Source of the DNA: Patescibacteria group bacterium
Lineage (GTDB): Bacteria; Patescibacteriota; Microgenomatia; UBA8517
Assembly (NCBI GenBank): GCA_035692185.1
Contig: DASSIE010000028.1
Span: 4,922-68,921 of the forward strand
Reading direction: 5' to 3'
DNA: 64,000 bases
Of this stretch, positions 46,361 to 56,643 are shown in pieces; position 1 is the stretch's first letter, and the number at the start of each line of letters is the position of its first letter. The notes beneath the pieces are model-generated. The model searched no databases and was not told the origin of the DNA. It was given only the letters and a program-made list of their open reading frames with translations. The translations under genes were made by a program, and so were the position numbers.

Positions 46361-48568
46361 ATGGGGAAGATTTTTGCAAAGATTAAAGAAAGTTTGACCA
46401 CAGAACAGGGCAGAAAAAAATTCATATTTTTTGGAATTTTAATATCCGCTTCCTTGTATTTGTTCTGGGGCATTCCACTCCCAACAAAACTTTCGGCTAG
46501 TAACCAGGCTGTTTCAACCAAACTTTTGGATAGAAACGGAAATCTTATTTATGAAATATACACGGACAAAAAAAGGTCTCCGGTAAAACTTTCCGAACTT
46601 CCAGATTCGGTAAAACAGGCCACAATTTCTATTGAAGATAAGGATTTTTATAAACATCAAGGGTTTAGCTTCACTGGAATTGTAAGAGCCTTCTATAACA
46701 CTGTATTTAAAAGAGAGCTCCAAGGAGGTTCAACCATTACCCAACAATTGGTAAAAAACGGTCTTCTAACACAAGAAAGAACAATTAGAAGAAAAGCTCA
46801 GGAAGTTTTTCTAACAATTATAGTTGAAGGAATATACACAAAGGATCAAATACTAGAAATGTATTTAAATCAGATTCCTTACGGAGGAACTGCATATGGA
46901 ATTGAGGCCGCAAGTGAAACTTATTTTGGAAAACAAGCACACGATCTAAGCCTTGCTGAGTCAGCGCTTTTAACAGGGCTTCCACAAAGGCCATCGACCT
47001 ATTCCCCATTTGGGGCACATCCGGAACTTGCTTCAGCGCGACAAGCAGAAGTCTTAAAACAAATGGTTGCAAATAAATATATTACTCAAGATGAGTCTAA
47101 TGAAGCCAGTAGTACAAAACTTAAATATGCCATGATCAAGCCTCCCCAAGCTCCACACTTTGCTTTGTGGATAAAAGAGCAGTTAGCAGATAAGTATGGT
47201 GACAAAATGGTTGAACAAGGAGGTTTGAGGGTGTATACAACACTAGACCTTGAAATACAAAACTTAGCACAAGAGTCTGTTGCCTCGGAGGTCGCAAAAC
47301 TTAAAAAACAAAATGTAGGAAACGGAGCCGCAATTGTAACAAAACCTTCAACAGGTGAGATTTTAGCAATGGTTGGTTCAAAGGATTATTTTGCCACTGA
47401 TGAAGATGGAAAAGTTAATGTAACTCTAGCTAAACGCCAACCAGGGTCATCTATTAAACCTATTAATTATGCTTTAGCACTAAAAGATCACAAGATTACA
47501 CTAGCAACGGCGTTTGCTGATATTCCAACTTGTTTCTTGGTTGTTGGGCAATCACAATATTGTCCTAAAAATTACGACAACACTTTCCACGGTCTTGTGC
47601 AAACCCGCTTCGCATTGGGAAACTCTTATAATATCCCTGCTGTAAAAATTTTAGCTGTCAATGGAATAGATAATTTTGTTTCGTTTGCTAAACAAATGGG
47701 TCTAATTACCCTGACAGACCCTTCCAATTATGGGCTCTCCTTGACACTTGGCGGTGGTGAGGTTAGACCCTACGACATGGCACAAGCATTTGGAGTATTT
47801 GCCAATCAAGGAATAAAACAACCTTTGATCGCAATTACAAAAGTTATGGATTGGAAAGGTAATACCTTGGAAGAAAACAACCCTAAAGAAACAGAGTTAA
47901 ACGGAGAAAGAGTTTTGGATCCCACTGTAACATTTTTAGTTTCGCATGTGCTTCTGGACAACAACGCAAGAAGTTCTGCTTTTGGACCAAGTTCGTTCCT
48001 TAATGTAAAAAACCATCCAGAAGTCTCGGTCAAAACTGGAACCACCAACGATAGACGCGATAACTGGACAATTGGCTATACCGCCGATACGGTGGTTGTC
48101 ATCTGGGTCGGAAATAACGACAACGCTCCAATGAGTGGGGCTGTCTCTGGTGTAACTGGGGCATCTCCTATTTGGAATAAAATCATAAAAGCAGTTTTGG
48201 ATAAAGCTGAAAAAGGAGCATATGATCCAAAGTCAATTGGTCATAACTGGCCAAAACAGCCAACTGGCGTGGTCGGCGCAACAATTTGTGCCGATACAGG
48301 TGGACTTCCGGGAAGTGATCCCGCAAACCCGGGATGTCCAACTAGATTTGAATATTTCCTAGATGGCACGATTCCTTCAACGTCATTTATAGTCAATCAG
48401 GATATACCACTTTACAATGATACTGGCCAAATGGCGGGCCCAGATGCTGATCCATCTCAAATTCATACAGAAAATAAGCCAACTTATACAGATCCTGACG
48501 GGGCTTTATATTGTATGACTTGTGCAATTGCCAGCTCCTCTGCAACAATTCGCTTTCCCCTTAGGTAG
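46361..48568 (+). CDS. Class A penicillin-binding protein (GT51 transglycosylase plus transpeptidase)
   Basis: GT51 motifs EDKDFYKHQG and GGSTITQQLVKN. TPase SxxK region. Confidence 0.9.
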   Translation: MGKIFAKIKESLTTEQGRKKFIFFGILISASLYLFWGIPLPTKLSASNQAVSTKLLDRNGNLIYEIYTDKKRSPVKLSELPDSVKQATISIEDKDFYKHQGFSFTGIVRAFYNTVFKRELQGGSTITQQLVKNGLLTQERTIRRKAQEVFLTIIVEGIYTKDQILEMYLNQIPYGGTAYGIEAASETYFGKQAHDLSLAESALLTGLPQRPSTYSPFGAHPELASARQAEVLKQMVANKYITQDESNEASSTKLKYAMIKPPQAPHFALWIKEQLADKYGDKMVEQGGLRVYTTLDLEIQNLAQESVASEVAKLKKQNVGNGAAIVTKPSTGEILAMVGSKDYFATDEDGKVNVTLAKRQPGSSIKPINYALALKDHKITLATAFADIPTCFLVVGQSQYCPKNYDNTFHGLVQTRFALGNSYNIPAVKILAVNGIDNFVSFAKQMGLITLTDPSNYGLSLTLGGGEVRPYDMAQAFGVFANQGIKQPLIAITKVMDWKGNTLEENNPKETELNGERVLDPTVTFLVSHVLLDNNARSSAFGPSSFLNVKNHPEVSVKTGTTNDRRDNWTIGYTADTVVVIWVGNNDNAPMSGAVSGVTGASPIWNKIIKAVLDKAEKGAYDPKSIGHNWPKQPTGVVGATICADTGGLPGSDPANPGCPTRFEYFLDGTIPSTSFIVNQDIPLYNDTGQMAGPDADPSQIHTENKPTYTDPDGALYCMTCAIASSSATIRFPLR

Positions 48569-48606
48569 ATCTGTCAGAAATTCGTATTAGCTGTTACAAT
48601 ACCTCG

Positions 48607-50931
48607 ATGCCTAAACAGGCTCGTAAAAAATCCAATGCAAATCTTGCCCCAAAGATTTTAATTTTTATTGGGAAACCAATATATTTTCTTCTTTCAAGTT
48701 TTGTTGTTGGAATCATTTTAGTTCTTTCTTCTATTGGTCACGTAACCCAAGTTTTGACAGAAAATTTAATTAAAACAATTAAACCTAAAAAGAAGAAAGA
48801 GAAAAAGACTATAAAAAAGAAAATTGAAGTTAAGACTAAGACTCAAAACTTCAAAAACTTTAAGAACTTTTTAAAACTCTTTTTTCTTAGAGTCTCTCTT
48901 CTTCGACTAAAAATTCTATCGAAAATAAAAAAGCCAAAGTTTAACTTCAAAATTATATTTTCAGTTGTTGTTGTCCTACTTTTAACTTTTACTTTTTACC
49001 TTTTAATCTTGAAGGATCTCCCTTCCCCCAAAGAACTTACACAAAGAGATCCGGAAGTCTCTACAAAAATTTATGACAGAAACGGAAATTTACTTTATAA
49101 AATTTATAAAAATAAAAATCGAACTATCATTCCAATAACACAAATTCCCCTGCACGTTAAACTTGCAACACTTGCTGCTGAGGATGCAGAATTTTACGAC
49201 CACTTAGGGTTTTCCGTCAAAGGAATAATCCGCGCAGCTACTTCTAATTTTCATAACGGCTCGCTTCAAGGTGGCTCAACTATTACACAACAGCTTGTTA
49301 AAAATGTACTTTTAACTCCCGAGCGGACAATAATTCGAAAAATTAAAGAGCTTATTTTGTCTGTTGCAGTTGAGAGCTCCTACACCAAAGATCAAATTTT
49401 AGAAATGTACTTAAATGAAGTCTCATACGGTGGAACTGCATATGGAATTGAGGAAGGAAGTGAAACATATTTCGACAAAGATGTTAAAGATTTATCTCTT
49501 GCCGAGGCTGCTTTTTTGGCGGGAATACCCAAGGCTCCAACAGTATTTTCTCCCTTTGGACAAGATCCAGACTTAGCCTTTGAGCGCCAAAGAGATGTGC
49601 TGCATTTAATGGTTATTAATAAATATATTACAAAAGAACAAGAAGAAGTTGCCTTAAACGAAAGTCTAACTTTTGCTCCAAATAAAACAGAGATTAAAGC
49701 TCCTCATTTTGTGATGTATGTAAGAAAACTTTTAGTTGATAAATACGGTGAGGATATGGTTGAAAAAGGAGGCCTGGAAGTTACCACTAGTCTTGACCTC
49801 GGTGTGCAAGAACTATCCGAAAAAATTGTTAAAGATGAAGTTGAAAAAATTAAAAGTTTACATGTAGGTAACGGCTCGTCATTGATTTTAAATCCGCAAA
49901 CGGGTGAGATTTTAGCGATGGTTGGTTCAAAGGATTATTTTGATGTTAAAAATGATGGCAATGTAAATGTTTTAACAAGACTAAGGCAACCTGGGTCCGC
50001 AGTTAAAGTTGTAAATTACGCCTACGCTTTGTCTACAAAATATACGCCATCTACTATAATAGATGACTCACCAATCACGTACTCCACCCCAGGATCCCCC
50101 CCCTACTCCCCTAAAAATTACGATGGAAAATTCTTAGGAAAAGTTACATTAAGAAGTGCACTCGCCCAATCTAGAAATATCCCTGCTGTAAAAATACTTG
50201 CAAGTTATGGCGTTAGCAAAATGGTTGAGATGGGAAAAAGTATGGGAATCACTACATGGGATGATCCGTCCCAATATGGATTGTCACTTACCCTGGGTGG
50301 AGGTGCTGTAAAAGCTATTGATTTGGCTAAAGTTTTTTCGACAATTGCGAACAATGGCAAAAGACCAGATCTTATTTCAATTTTGGACGTAAAAGATTAC
50401 AAAGGCCATGTTTTAGAAAAAAATAAGCCCTCAAATTTAGAAATACTTGATCCAAGAGTGGCTTATTTGTTAATAGACATTTTAAAAGACAATACAGCAC
50501 GGGCTCCTGAGTTTGGTTTTAATTCATACCTTGCTATTAAAGACCACCCAGAGGTTGCAGTAAAAACCGGAACTAGCAATGATTTAAGAGACAACTGGGC
50601 AGTTGGATTTAATCAAAACTTTTTAGTACTTACTTGGGTTGGCAACAATGACAATTCGGAAATGAGCAGAATTGCCTCGGGTGTAACTGGAGCGTCCCCT
50701 GTTTGGAATAAAATTATGACAGCACTACTGGCTGATGACCCCTCAATCGATTGGCGAACTCCTGATGGCCTAGTAAAAATAAATTGTCTGGGAAAGGGCG
50801 AATGGTTTTTAAAGGAAAATATTCCAACAAATTATTGCAAACCAGTTCCTTCTTTAACACCAAATGAAACGACTAATGGTTTACCTGGTGGCAAAATTTT
50901 AGATTCCGGGATCTCAACAGTTAGACGCTAA
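48607..50931 (+). CDS. Class A penicillin-binding protein paralog with Lys-rich two-TM N-terminal extension
   Basis: About 55% identical to the upstream PBP. N-terminus has two TM helices separated by KPKKKKEKKTIKKKIEVKTKTQNFKNFKNF. Confidence 0.85.
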   Translation: MPKQARKKSNANLAPKILIFIGKPIYFLLSSFVVGIILVLSSIGHVTQVLTENLIKTIKPKKKKEKKTIKKKIEVKTKTQNFKNFKNFLKLFFLRVSLLRLKILSKIKKPKFNFKIIFSVVVVLLLTFTFYLLILKDLPSPKELTQRDPEVSTKIYDRNGNLLYKIYKNKNRTIIPITQIPLHVKLATLAAEDAEFYDHLGFSVKGIIRAATSNFHNGSLQGGSTITQQLVKNVLLTPERTIIRKIKELILSVAVESSYTKDQILEMYLNEVSYGGTAYGIEEGSETYFDKDVKDLSLAEAAFLAGIPKAPTVFSPFGQDPDLAFERQRDVLHLMVINKYITKEQEEVALNESLTFAPNKTEIKAPHFVMYVRKLLVDKYGEDMVEKGGLEVTTSLDLGVQELSEKIVKDEVEKIKSLHVGNGSSLILNPQTGEILAMVGSKDYFDVKNDGNVNVLTRLRQPGSAVKVVNYAYALSTKYTPSTIIDDSPITYSTPGSPPYSPKNYDGKFLGKVTLRSALAQSRNIPAVKILASYGVSKMVEMGKSMGITTWDDPSQYGLSLTLGGGAVKAIDLAKVFSTIANNGKRPDLISILDVKDYKGHVLEKNKPSNLEILDPRVAYLLIDILKDNTARAPEFGFNSYLAIKDHPEVAVKTGTSNDLRDNWAVGFNQNFLVLTWVGNNDNSEMSRIASGVTGASPVWNKIMTALLADDPSIDWRTPDGLVKINCLGKGEWFLKENIPTNYCKPVPSLTPNETTNGLPGGKILDSGISTVRR

Positions 50932-50951
50932 GACATTATTCTGAAAGAACA

Positions 50952-51635
50952 TTATTCTGAAAGTTCCCTATATAGAAGATATGATGGCAATATACCTAAT
51001 GCACCCACCAAGGAAACTGTTAGGGTCCCAATATATGGAACTGCCGAAACAATAGCCCCAGCAAGAGCTGTAAATATTCCAAAAACAAAAACTCTACCGA
51101 ATATTTTCCAGAATCTTCCTTTTATAAGAGCCTTGCTCTTTTTTAAAGAATCGACAATCCCCGTTTTTCCTTCCATAAATATAAATTTAGAAAAATAAAA
51201 CCAAACTGAAAAAATAATTCCGGGGATAACCAAAAGAATTATTCCTCCAAAAATAGCTAAAAGAGTTAGAATAGATACTAATGAGAAACCCCAAAGTTTT
51301 TTCCAAGCAACTTTAAATAATTCTTTAACAGGCAAGACCTTATTTGTTAAAACTCCCTCAATTGCCAAAATTCCTGCCGCACCAACCCAAAATGAAATAA
51401 TTACCAGTAACAAATTTGAAATTACTACAAATGCAACCAACCAAGGGTATTTAGAAACAAAAGAAGCAGGATCGTTTATACTATCCTGAGGCATAAAACT
51501 TTTTTGAAAAAGACCAAATAGCCAAAACGGAACAAGTGGGCTATAAACTTTTAAAAAGTAGACGAGATTCCCTTTTTTAAAAAATATTTCAAAAGATTTT
51601 TTAATTAGATCAATTGGAGAAGAGAGTTTTTGCAT
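50952..51635 (-). CDS. Polytopic membrane protein, hypothetical
   Basis: 227 aa, about 6 TM helices. Confidence 0.5.
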   Translation of the reverse strand: MQKLSSPIDLIKKSFEIFFKKGNLVYFLKVYSPLVPFWLFGLFQKSFMPQDSINDPASFVSKYPWLVAFVVISNLLLVIISFWVGAAGILAIEGVLTNKVLPVKELFKVAWKKLWGFSLVSILTLLAIFGGIILLVIPGIIFSVWFYFSKFIFMEGKTGIVDSLKKSKALIKGRFWKIFGRVFVFGIFTALAGAIVSAVPYIGTLTVSLVGALGILPSYLLYRELSE

Positions 51636-51648
51636 AGTGTCTATTATA

Positions 51649-51984
51649 CTATTTCTTTCTGATTTCTATAACACCATCTTTAAAAATATTAAATGAACTA
51701 AAATTTGGTTTTTCAAAATTAAAGTTAAATCCAGAAAATACAATATTTCTGGATGTTAAAGACAAGATTCCAGCAATTATCAAGGTTGATAAAAATATAG
51801 TAAGAATAATTAGACGTTCTTTCTTTCCCCAAGGTTTCGGTGGTTCTATTCTTTTTTTCTTGTTTTCTGGGTTTAGATCTTTAAATTTTCTTGTTAATTT
51901 TCGCTCTTCTTGATCATTTTCCAATTCCAACTCGTCATCTTCTTCGTAATCATCTTCATCTCTCTTTTTTCCAAAAATTCCCAT
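51649..51984 (-). CDS. Small membrane-anchored protein with acidic N-terminus
   Basis: 111-aa ORF with one TM. Confidence 0.4.
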   Translation of the reverse strand: MGIFGKKRDEDDYEEDDELELENDQEERKLTRKFKDLNPENKKKRIEPPKPWGKKERLIILTIFLSTLIIAGILSLTSRNIVFSGFNFNFEKPNFSSFNIFKDGVIEIRKK

Positions 51985-51990
51985 GTTTGG

Positions 51991-52980
51991 TTATTTACGT
52001 CTTTTCTCCCAAACCTTTTCATCAACCATACTCTGAGGTTTTGTGTTGGATAGAACATTTAAAATAGCTTCGACTGCCATCTCCCCCATTTTATTTCTTG
52101 CCTCATGAGTAGCACTAGCTATGTGTGGAGTCGTAATAACATTTGGCATACCAGTTAACTCCGGGTCGATATTTGGTTCGTTATCAAAAACGTCAAGTGC
52201 GGCACCCCCCAATTGCCCACTTCTTAGTGCTTCAACTAAATCTTTTTCATTGACCACCGGCCCACGGGCGGTATTAATTAAAAATGCTCCTTTTTTCATT
52301 TTTGCCAAATTTTCAATACTCATCATATGTCTTGTTTCCTCGGTTAGTGGAACGTGGAGTGTAACTACATCGCTTTCACCAAGTAGTGAATCAAGATCAC
52401 AAAACTTAACCCCTAATTTTTCCTCACATCCAATATCACGAGTGCGTTTGTTGTAAACAACATTCATTTTATATCCTACCGCACGTCTAGCTACCATTGT
52501 TCCAATTCCTCCGAGACCAATTATTCCTAATGTTTTTCCGATGAGTGAAGTCCCCAAAAAAATATCTGGTTCCCAACCTTTATACATTCCACGGCGTGTT
52601 GCTTCATCTGCTTCAACTATGCGTCTTGCAAGGCCAGAGATAAGCGCCCATGTGTGTTCTGCTACGGCTTCATCAACCTCCTCCGAAGGAGTGTTGGTTA
52701 CAATTACTCCCCTATCTGTTGCCTCAGGTATATTAATGTTGTCAAAACCAACAGCATAGTTGGAAATTATTTTAAGTTGAGGCCCTGCAGCATCAATCAA
52801 GTCTCCATCAATTTTGTCTGTTAAAAGTGAAAGAATAGCGTCAACCCCTTTAACTTTTTCTACCAATTCTTCTGGAGTTAAAACTCGGGAAAATTCTGAG
52901 ACAACAACGTCATGCCCAGCTTTTTTGAGCTTTTCTATGTGGTCCCCCGGAATTTTTCGTGTAACAAAAACTTTTGCCAT
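51991..52980 (-). CDS. D-isomer-specific 2-hydroxyacid dehydrogenase (glyoxylate/hydroxypyruvate reductase or PGDH-like)
   Basis: NAD motif GIIGLGGIG, catalytic ...R..E..H. Start at MAKVFVTRK. Confidence 0.8.
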   Translation of the reverse strand: MAKVFVTRKIPGDHIEKLKKAGHDVVVSEFSRVLTPEELVEKVKGVDAILSLLTDKIDGDLIDAAGPQLKIISNYAVGFDNINIPEATDRGVIVTNTPSEEVDEAVAEHTWALISGLARRIVEADEATRRGMYKGWEPDIFLGTSLIGKTLGIIGLGGIGTMVARRAVGYKMNVVYNKRTRDIGCEEKLGVKFCDLDSLLGESDVVTLHVPLTEETRHMMSIENLAKMKKGAFLINTARGPVVNEKDLVEALRSGQLGGAALDVFDNEPNIDPELTGMPNVITTPHIASATHEARNKMGEMAVEAILNVLSNTKPQSMVDEKVWEKRRK

Positions 52981-52998
52981 AATTTTGCGCACTAAGCG

Positions 52999-54003
52999 TT
53001 ATAAAGATTGTACAACTACCCCTGAACTTTTAGCTCTTGCCAGCCATTGATCTACCTCGTTAATTTTGAGTAGTCCTTTTTGACTCCCTGTGTAGCCAAT
53101 AACTGAGGATGAGTTGATTGTTCCCCAAAGAATTGCTTCCTCTAAACTTTTACCATGAATTAAAGCTGAAAGGCAACCCGACCCAAAAGCATCCCCCGCA
53201 CCAGTTCTTTCGTAAGCGTCAACTGGTAAGGTCCCAACTTTAGCAAATTTACCGTTTAACGAGTCGTATGCAAATGCTCCATTATTCCCATCTGTAATAA
53301 TACAAATTTTTGGGCCAAGTTTATTTAGCGCTATTAACAAATCTCGATCTTTTCCCGCCGATTCACCAAACTTAGTTAGTTTTTCAGCTTCCTCACGGTT
53401 AACGGAAATTAAATAAGATAAGGTCATAACAGGTTCTATATCTTTATATTCTCCTCTTAATTGCCAGCTACCGGGGTTAAAAGCTAGTTTGATTGTGGGG
53501 TTAGCCTTAAGCCAGTCCACCAAATGATTATAGAAAGGCCTGAAACTCTCCCCCATACTGGTTAAGTAAACCCAAGGCACCACCGGAAGTTTTACTGGAA
53601 ATTCATAACTCCTTGGTGCATGGTAAACAAAAATAGTTCTTTCTCCCGAGTAATTAATTATTGTTGAATAATTAGAAGTTGTACCGGGTTGTTGAATTAT
53701 ATAAGTTGGGTCCACTCCTTCGTCTTTAAGACGCGCGACAATCATTTCGGCAACGCTGTCTTGCCCCAGAGTTAAAACAATTGCACTATTAATTCCCAAT
53801 CTTTTAGCCCCCACCGCATTGTTAGCAGCATTTCCGCCAATTGAAAATGCTAAATTTTTAACCGGGATTTTATTTCCATAAGAAAAGGCAATAAAACATT
53901 CTTTGGTATCAATTTGACAAAGAGTATCGCTCTCCAAAGGAGTCATGAAGGTATCAATTGAAGCGTCGCCAATACTCAACAGATCAAAGTTTTCCATAAT
54001 CAT
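52999..54003 (-). CDS. PfkB-family carbohydrate kinase (ribokinase-like)
   Basis: N-terminal GG motif, C-terminal GAGDAF. Confidence 0.8.
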   Translation of the reverse strand: MIMENFDLLSIGDASIDTFMTPLESDTLCQIDTKECFIAFSYGNKIPVKNLAFSIGGNAANNAVGAKRLGINSAIVLTLGQDSVAEMIVARLKDEGVDPTYIIQQPGTTSNYSTIINYSGERTIFVYHAPRSYEFPVKLPVVPWVYLTSMGESFRPFYNHLVDWLKANPTIKLAFNPGSWQLRGEYKDIEPVMTLSYLISVNREEAEKLTKFGESAGKDRDLLIALNKLGPKICIITDGNNGAFAYDSLNGKFAKVGTLPVDAYERTGAGDAFGSGCLSALIHGKSLEEAILWGTINSSSVIGYTGSQKGLLKINEVDQWLARAKSSGVVVQSL

Positions 54004-54010
54004 TGCAAAT

Positions 54011-54033
54011 AGTCTACAGTCTACAGTCTACAG
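54011..54033. repeat. Tandem heptamer repeat (tctacag)x3 at the 3' flank of the four-helix-bundle gene
   Basis: agtctacagtctacagtctacag sits between the pfkB ATG and the four-helix gene stop. Confidence 0.7.
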
Positions 54034-54387
54034 TTTTTTGATAGAGTTAATCAATGCATTTATCTTAGATGCAAGAAGATTTAATTTGTTGTAAACCAGA
54101 TTAAAGTCTTTTTCATTCAAGTATTTTAAGTCGAGTGCTACATACATCGCTGTCACAACTTCTTCTAAAGAACCCAACGATATTCTTAAAAATTTAACGA
54201 ATTCTTTGTCAGACTTCTTGTCTGATCCCTCTGCAATATTTAAAGCAATTGATACTACCGCCCTCTTAATTTGGTTTGTTAAAGCAAATATCTCATTTTT
54301 GGGAAAGTGTAACGTGAGTTTGTATATGTCCACAATCAAAACTCTTGATTCTTGCCAAACTTGAAGTTTTTCAAATCTGAAGCTCAT
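54028..54387 (-). CDS. Four-helix-bundle protein (TIGR02436 family, formerly 23S rRNA intervening-sequence protein)
   Basis: Family signature KLQVWQES...L.NQIKRAVVSIALNIAEG...EF..FL.ISLGSL.E. Confidence 0.75.
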   Translation of the reverse strand: MSFRFEKLQVWQESRVLIVDIYKLTLHFPKNEIFALTNQIKRAVVSIALNIAEGSDKKSDKEFVKFLRISLGSLEEVVTAMYVALDLKYLNEKDFNLVYNKLNLLASKINALINSIKKL

Positions 54388-54401
54388 TTTTGTTTGTTTT
54401 A

Positions 54402-54424
54402 GGCTGTAGTCTGTAGTCTGTTAG
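54402..54424. repeat. Tandem heptamer repeat (ctgtagt)x3 at the 5' flank of the four-helix-bundle gene, inverted relative to the 54011 copy
   Basis: ggctgtagtctgtagtctgttag sits between the four-helix gene ATG and the aldolase stop. Confidence 0.7.
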
Positions 54425-55387
54425 CTATAAACGTCCTTGCCTTGCTAAATTAACTTCTTTCAACTTTCCCAAAAAAACAGTTTGAGCAGCCGCAACATTT
54501 TCATCTTTTCCAGACCAAACTTTCTGTGGTTCATCCTGAAGTGCTCTTGAATATGAAAAAGAAATTTTCCAAGGGTCACTAACTGCCAAGTCTTCAATCT
54601 TATCCAGGTGGTCCATTGCGTCCCATGAATCTTGTCCCCCAGAAAGAAAAACTATACCTGGAACCTCAGGAGGAACTGACCTTCTTAGTGCTCGTAAAGT
54701 TGCATTTGCAACTTCAAGGGGCAAAGCCTTGACCCCGCTTTCAGGACCGGGGAGAGCCATACTGGTCTTAACAATAATATTTTTAATGTCAACGTCTTCA
54801 ATTTTTAATTTTTCAAAAAGTTTTTTTAGAGTTTCGTCCAGTGTTTCACTGCACCTTGTGGTTGTATGGTTCCCGTCCAGTAGAACTTCTGGCTCAACTA
54901 TTGGAACCATATTGTTTTGTTGGGAAATTTTGGCAAATTTTGCCATTCTTGTTAAATTTTCCTCATAAAAATCCTTGGAAGGGTACTTGTCTGTAATTTT
55001 AAACACACCCCTCCATTTGGTAAATTTAAGACCCATCTGGGAATATTCTTTAAGCCGTGCGTCTAGCCCATCAAGCCCTTTAGTAACTTGTTCTTCCGTC
55101 CCGTTAAACGGCTCAAGTCCTCCATCTACTTTAATGCCAGGAATAATTCCTTTTGCTTCCAAAATTTTATTTAATCCTTGGCGAACAGATTCATCATATA
55201 AAATTACTCCGCTGATATAATTTTCTAGTTCTGGGGTTGTAAAAAGCATTTCTCTGTATTTTTTATTTAGTTCCGGAGTTGAGGTTAATCCTAACGCCAA
55301 AAAGCGTTTAGTGATTGTTTTTGTAGATTCATCGGCCGCGAGTATTCCTTTACCGGCCGTAAGTAGTTTTTGAATAGTTTCTTGCAT
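54425..55387 (-). CDS. fba: Class I fructose-bisphosphate aldolase
   Basis: GKGILAADES N-terminal signature, 320 aa. Confidence 0.8.
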   Translation of the reverse strand: MQETIQKLLTAGKGILAADESTKTITKRFLALGLTSTPELNKKYREMLFTTPELENYISGVILYDESVRQGLNKILEAKGIIPGIKVDGGLEPFNGTEEQVTKGLDGLDARLKEYSQMGLKFTKWRGVFKITDKYPSKDFYEENLTRMAKFAKISQQNNMVPIVEPEVLLDGNHTTTRCSETLDETLKKLFEKLKIEDVDIKNIIVKTSMALPGPESGVKALPLEVANATLRALRRSVPPEVPGIVFLSGGQDSWDAMDHLDKIEDLAVSDPWKISFSYSRALQDEPQKVWSGKDENVAAAQTVFLGKLKEVNLARQGRL

Positions 55388-55421
55388 GGCAGTACATAGT
55401 CAGTCTATCAGTTAGCGGTTC

Positions 55422-56507
55422 ATGAGTTCAACAGTCATGTTATACTTTTATTGTATGGACCCCATTAACCCAACAGTCCCAGAAATCCAAATGGCCCAAG
55501 AACCTGTTGTCTCTGACCAGATTCCAGATTCTGATTCCAAAATTCCAGCTGATAGCCACTGGGTAACAATTGCCAGTATGGCTGTTTTTGTTTTACTTTC
55601 CCTCGGCGCTGTTGCCTTTTTGTATTACCAAAACCAACAACTTAAAAGTATGTTGGCAAGTTATCAGACTCCAGTCGCTTCCCCCACTCCTGTCGCGACT
55701 ATTGATCCAACCGCAAATTGGAAAACATATACAGATGCAAAAAAGACATTTTCCTTCAAGTATCCTGCATCACTACAATTGAAAACATTTGAAGATGGTT
55801 CTTTAATTTTAACAGCCACTGATGGGCCAGACAAAATTATTCACGAATTTCGTGTGAACAACTACACGATTTCCACAAGCACGACATTGTATCAATTTAT
55901 CTACGAGGGTGGCGTCGGCGACAATTATGGCAAAGGTTATCTCAATGCCAACAATGTTTCCTTAACATTTAAGGACGTTAGCAAAAACTCCTCTTACAAA
56001 ATATGGGAACCTTCTTCATGGCCGTCGGCAAATGGCATTCTTATTAACTTTATTCAAAACAATAATCAATTAATCTGGTTTAGTTTAGAAGGCTACAATC
56101 CTGGTGGAACTCCCATTCCTTACGAAAAAGAGAACGTTCAAATTTATAATCAAATCCTCTCCACTTTCAAATTCACCGATCAAATTTCAGACACTCCAAC
56201 AGTCACCTCTCCTGCTGCAAACACAAAAATTAGTAGCCCATTAACAATTACTGGAACCGTGCCAACTGGTTGGATGTTTGAAGGAAGTTTTCCAATTAGA
56301 TTAGTTGATTCAACAAGAACCTTAGTTGCCCAGGGAACTGCAAAAGAAGTTACGCCTGGTTCTTGGCAAAGCGGAAAACCTGTAGCATTTTCTGTAACCT
56401 TACCATTTTCCACAACCGATTCCACTGGATTTTTAATCCTAACGAACGATAATCCAAGCGGGGACCCAGCAAACTCAAAAACTTTTGAGGTTCCCGTAAA
56501 ATATTAA
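55422..56507 (+). CDS. Membrane-anchored extracellular protein with C-terminal Gmad2-type Ig-like domain
   Basis: TM ASMAVFVLLSLGAVAFLYY. C-terminal SSPLTITGTVPTGWMFEGSFPIRLVD...GFLILTNDNPSGDP. Start may be an internal Met. Confidence 0.6.
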   Translation: MSSTVMLYFYCMDPINPTVPEIQMAQEPVVSDQIPDSDSKIPADSHWVTIASMAVFVLLSLGAVAFLYYQNQQLKSMLASYQTPVASPTPVATIDPTANWKTYTDAKKTFSFKYPASLQLKTFEDGSLILTATDGPDKIIHEFRVNNYTISTSTTLYQFIYEGGVGDNYGKGYLNANNVSLTFKDVSKNSSYKIWEPSSWPSANGILINFIQNNNQLIWFSLEGYNPGGTPIPYEKENVQIYNQILSTFKFTDQISDTPTVTSPAANTKISSPLTITGTVPTGWMFEGSFPIRLVDSTRTLVAQGTAKEVTPGSWQSGKPVAFSVTLPFSTTDSTGFLILTNDNPSGDPANSKTFEVPVKY

Positions 56508-56511
56508 TAAA

Positions 56512-56643
56512 TGGAAAGAAAGGCTGAAATTGTAGTTTTTTTGATCTTAGCCGTTATTTTTATTACGGTTGGCTACCTGGCATTTAAAAAATATTCACCC
56601 AAAATAGACAGTGTTTTGCCTACTCCAGTTGTTGTTCGTTAAG
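56512..56643 (+). CDS. Possible 43-aa single-TM peptide (not in ORF track)
   Basis: MERKAEIVVFLILAVIFITVGYLAFKKYSPKIDSVLPTPVVVR read by hand. Confidence 0.25.
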
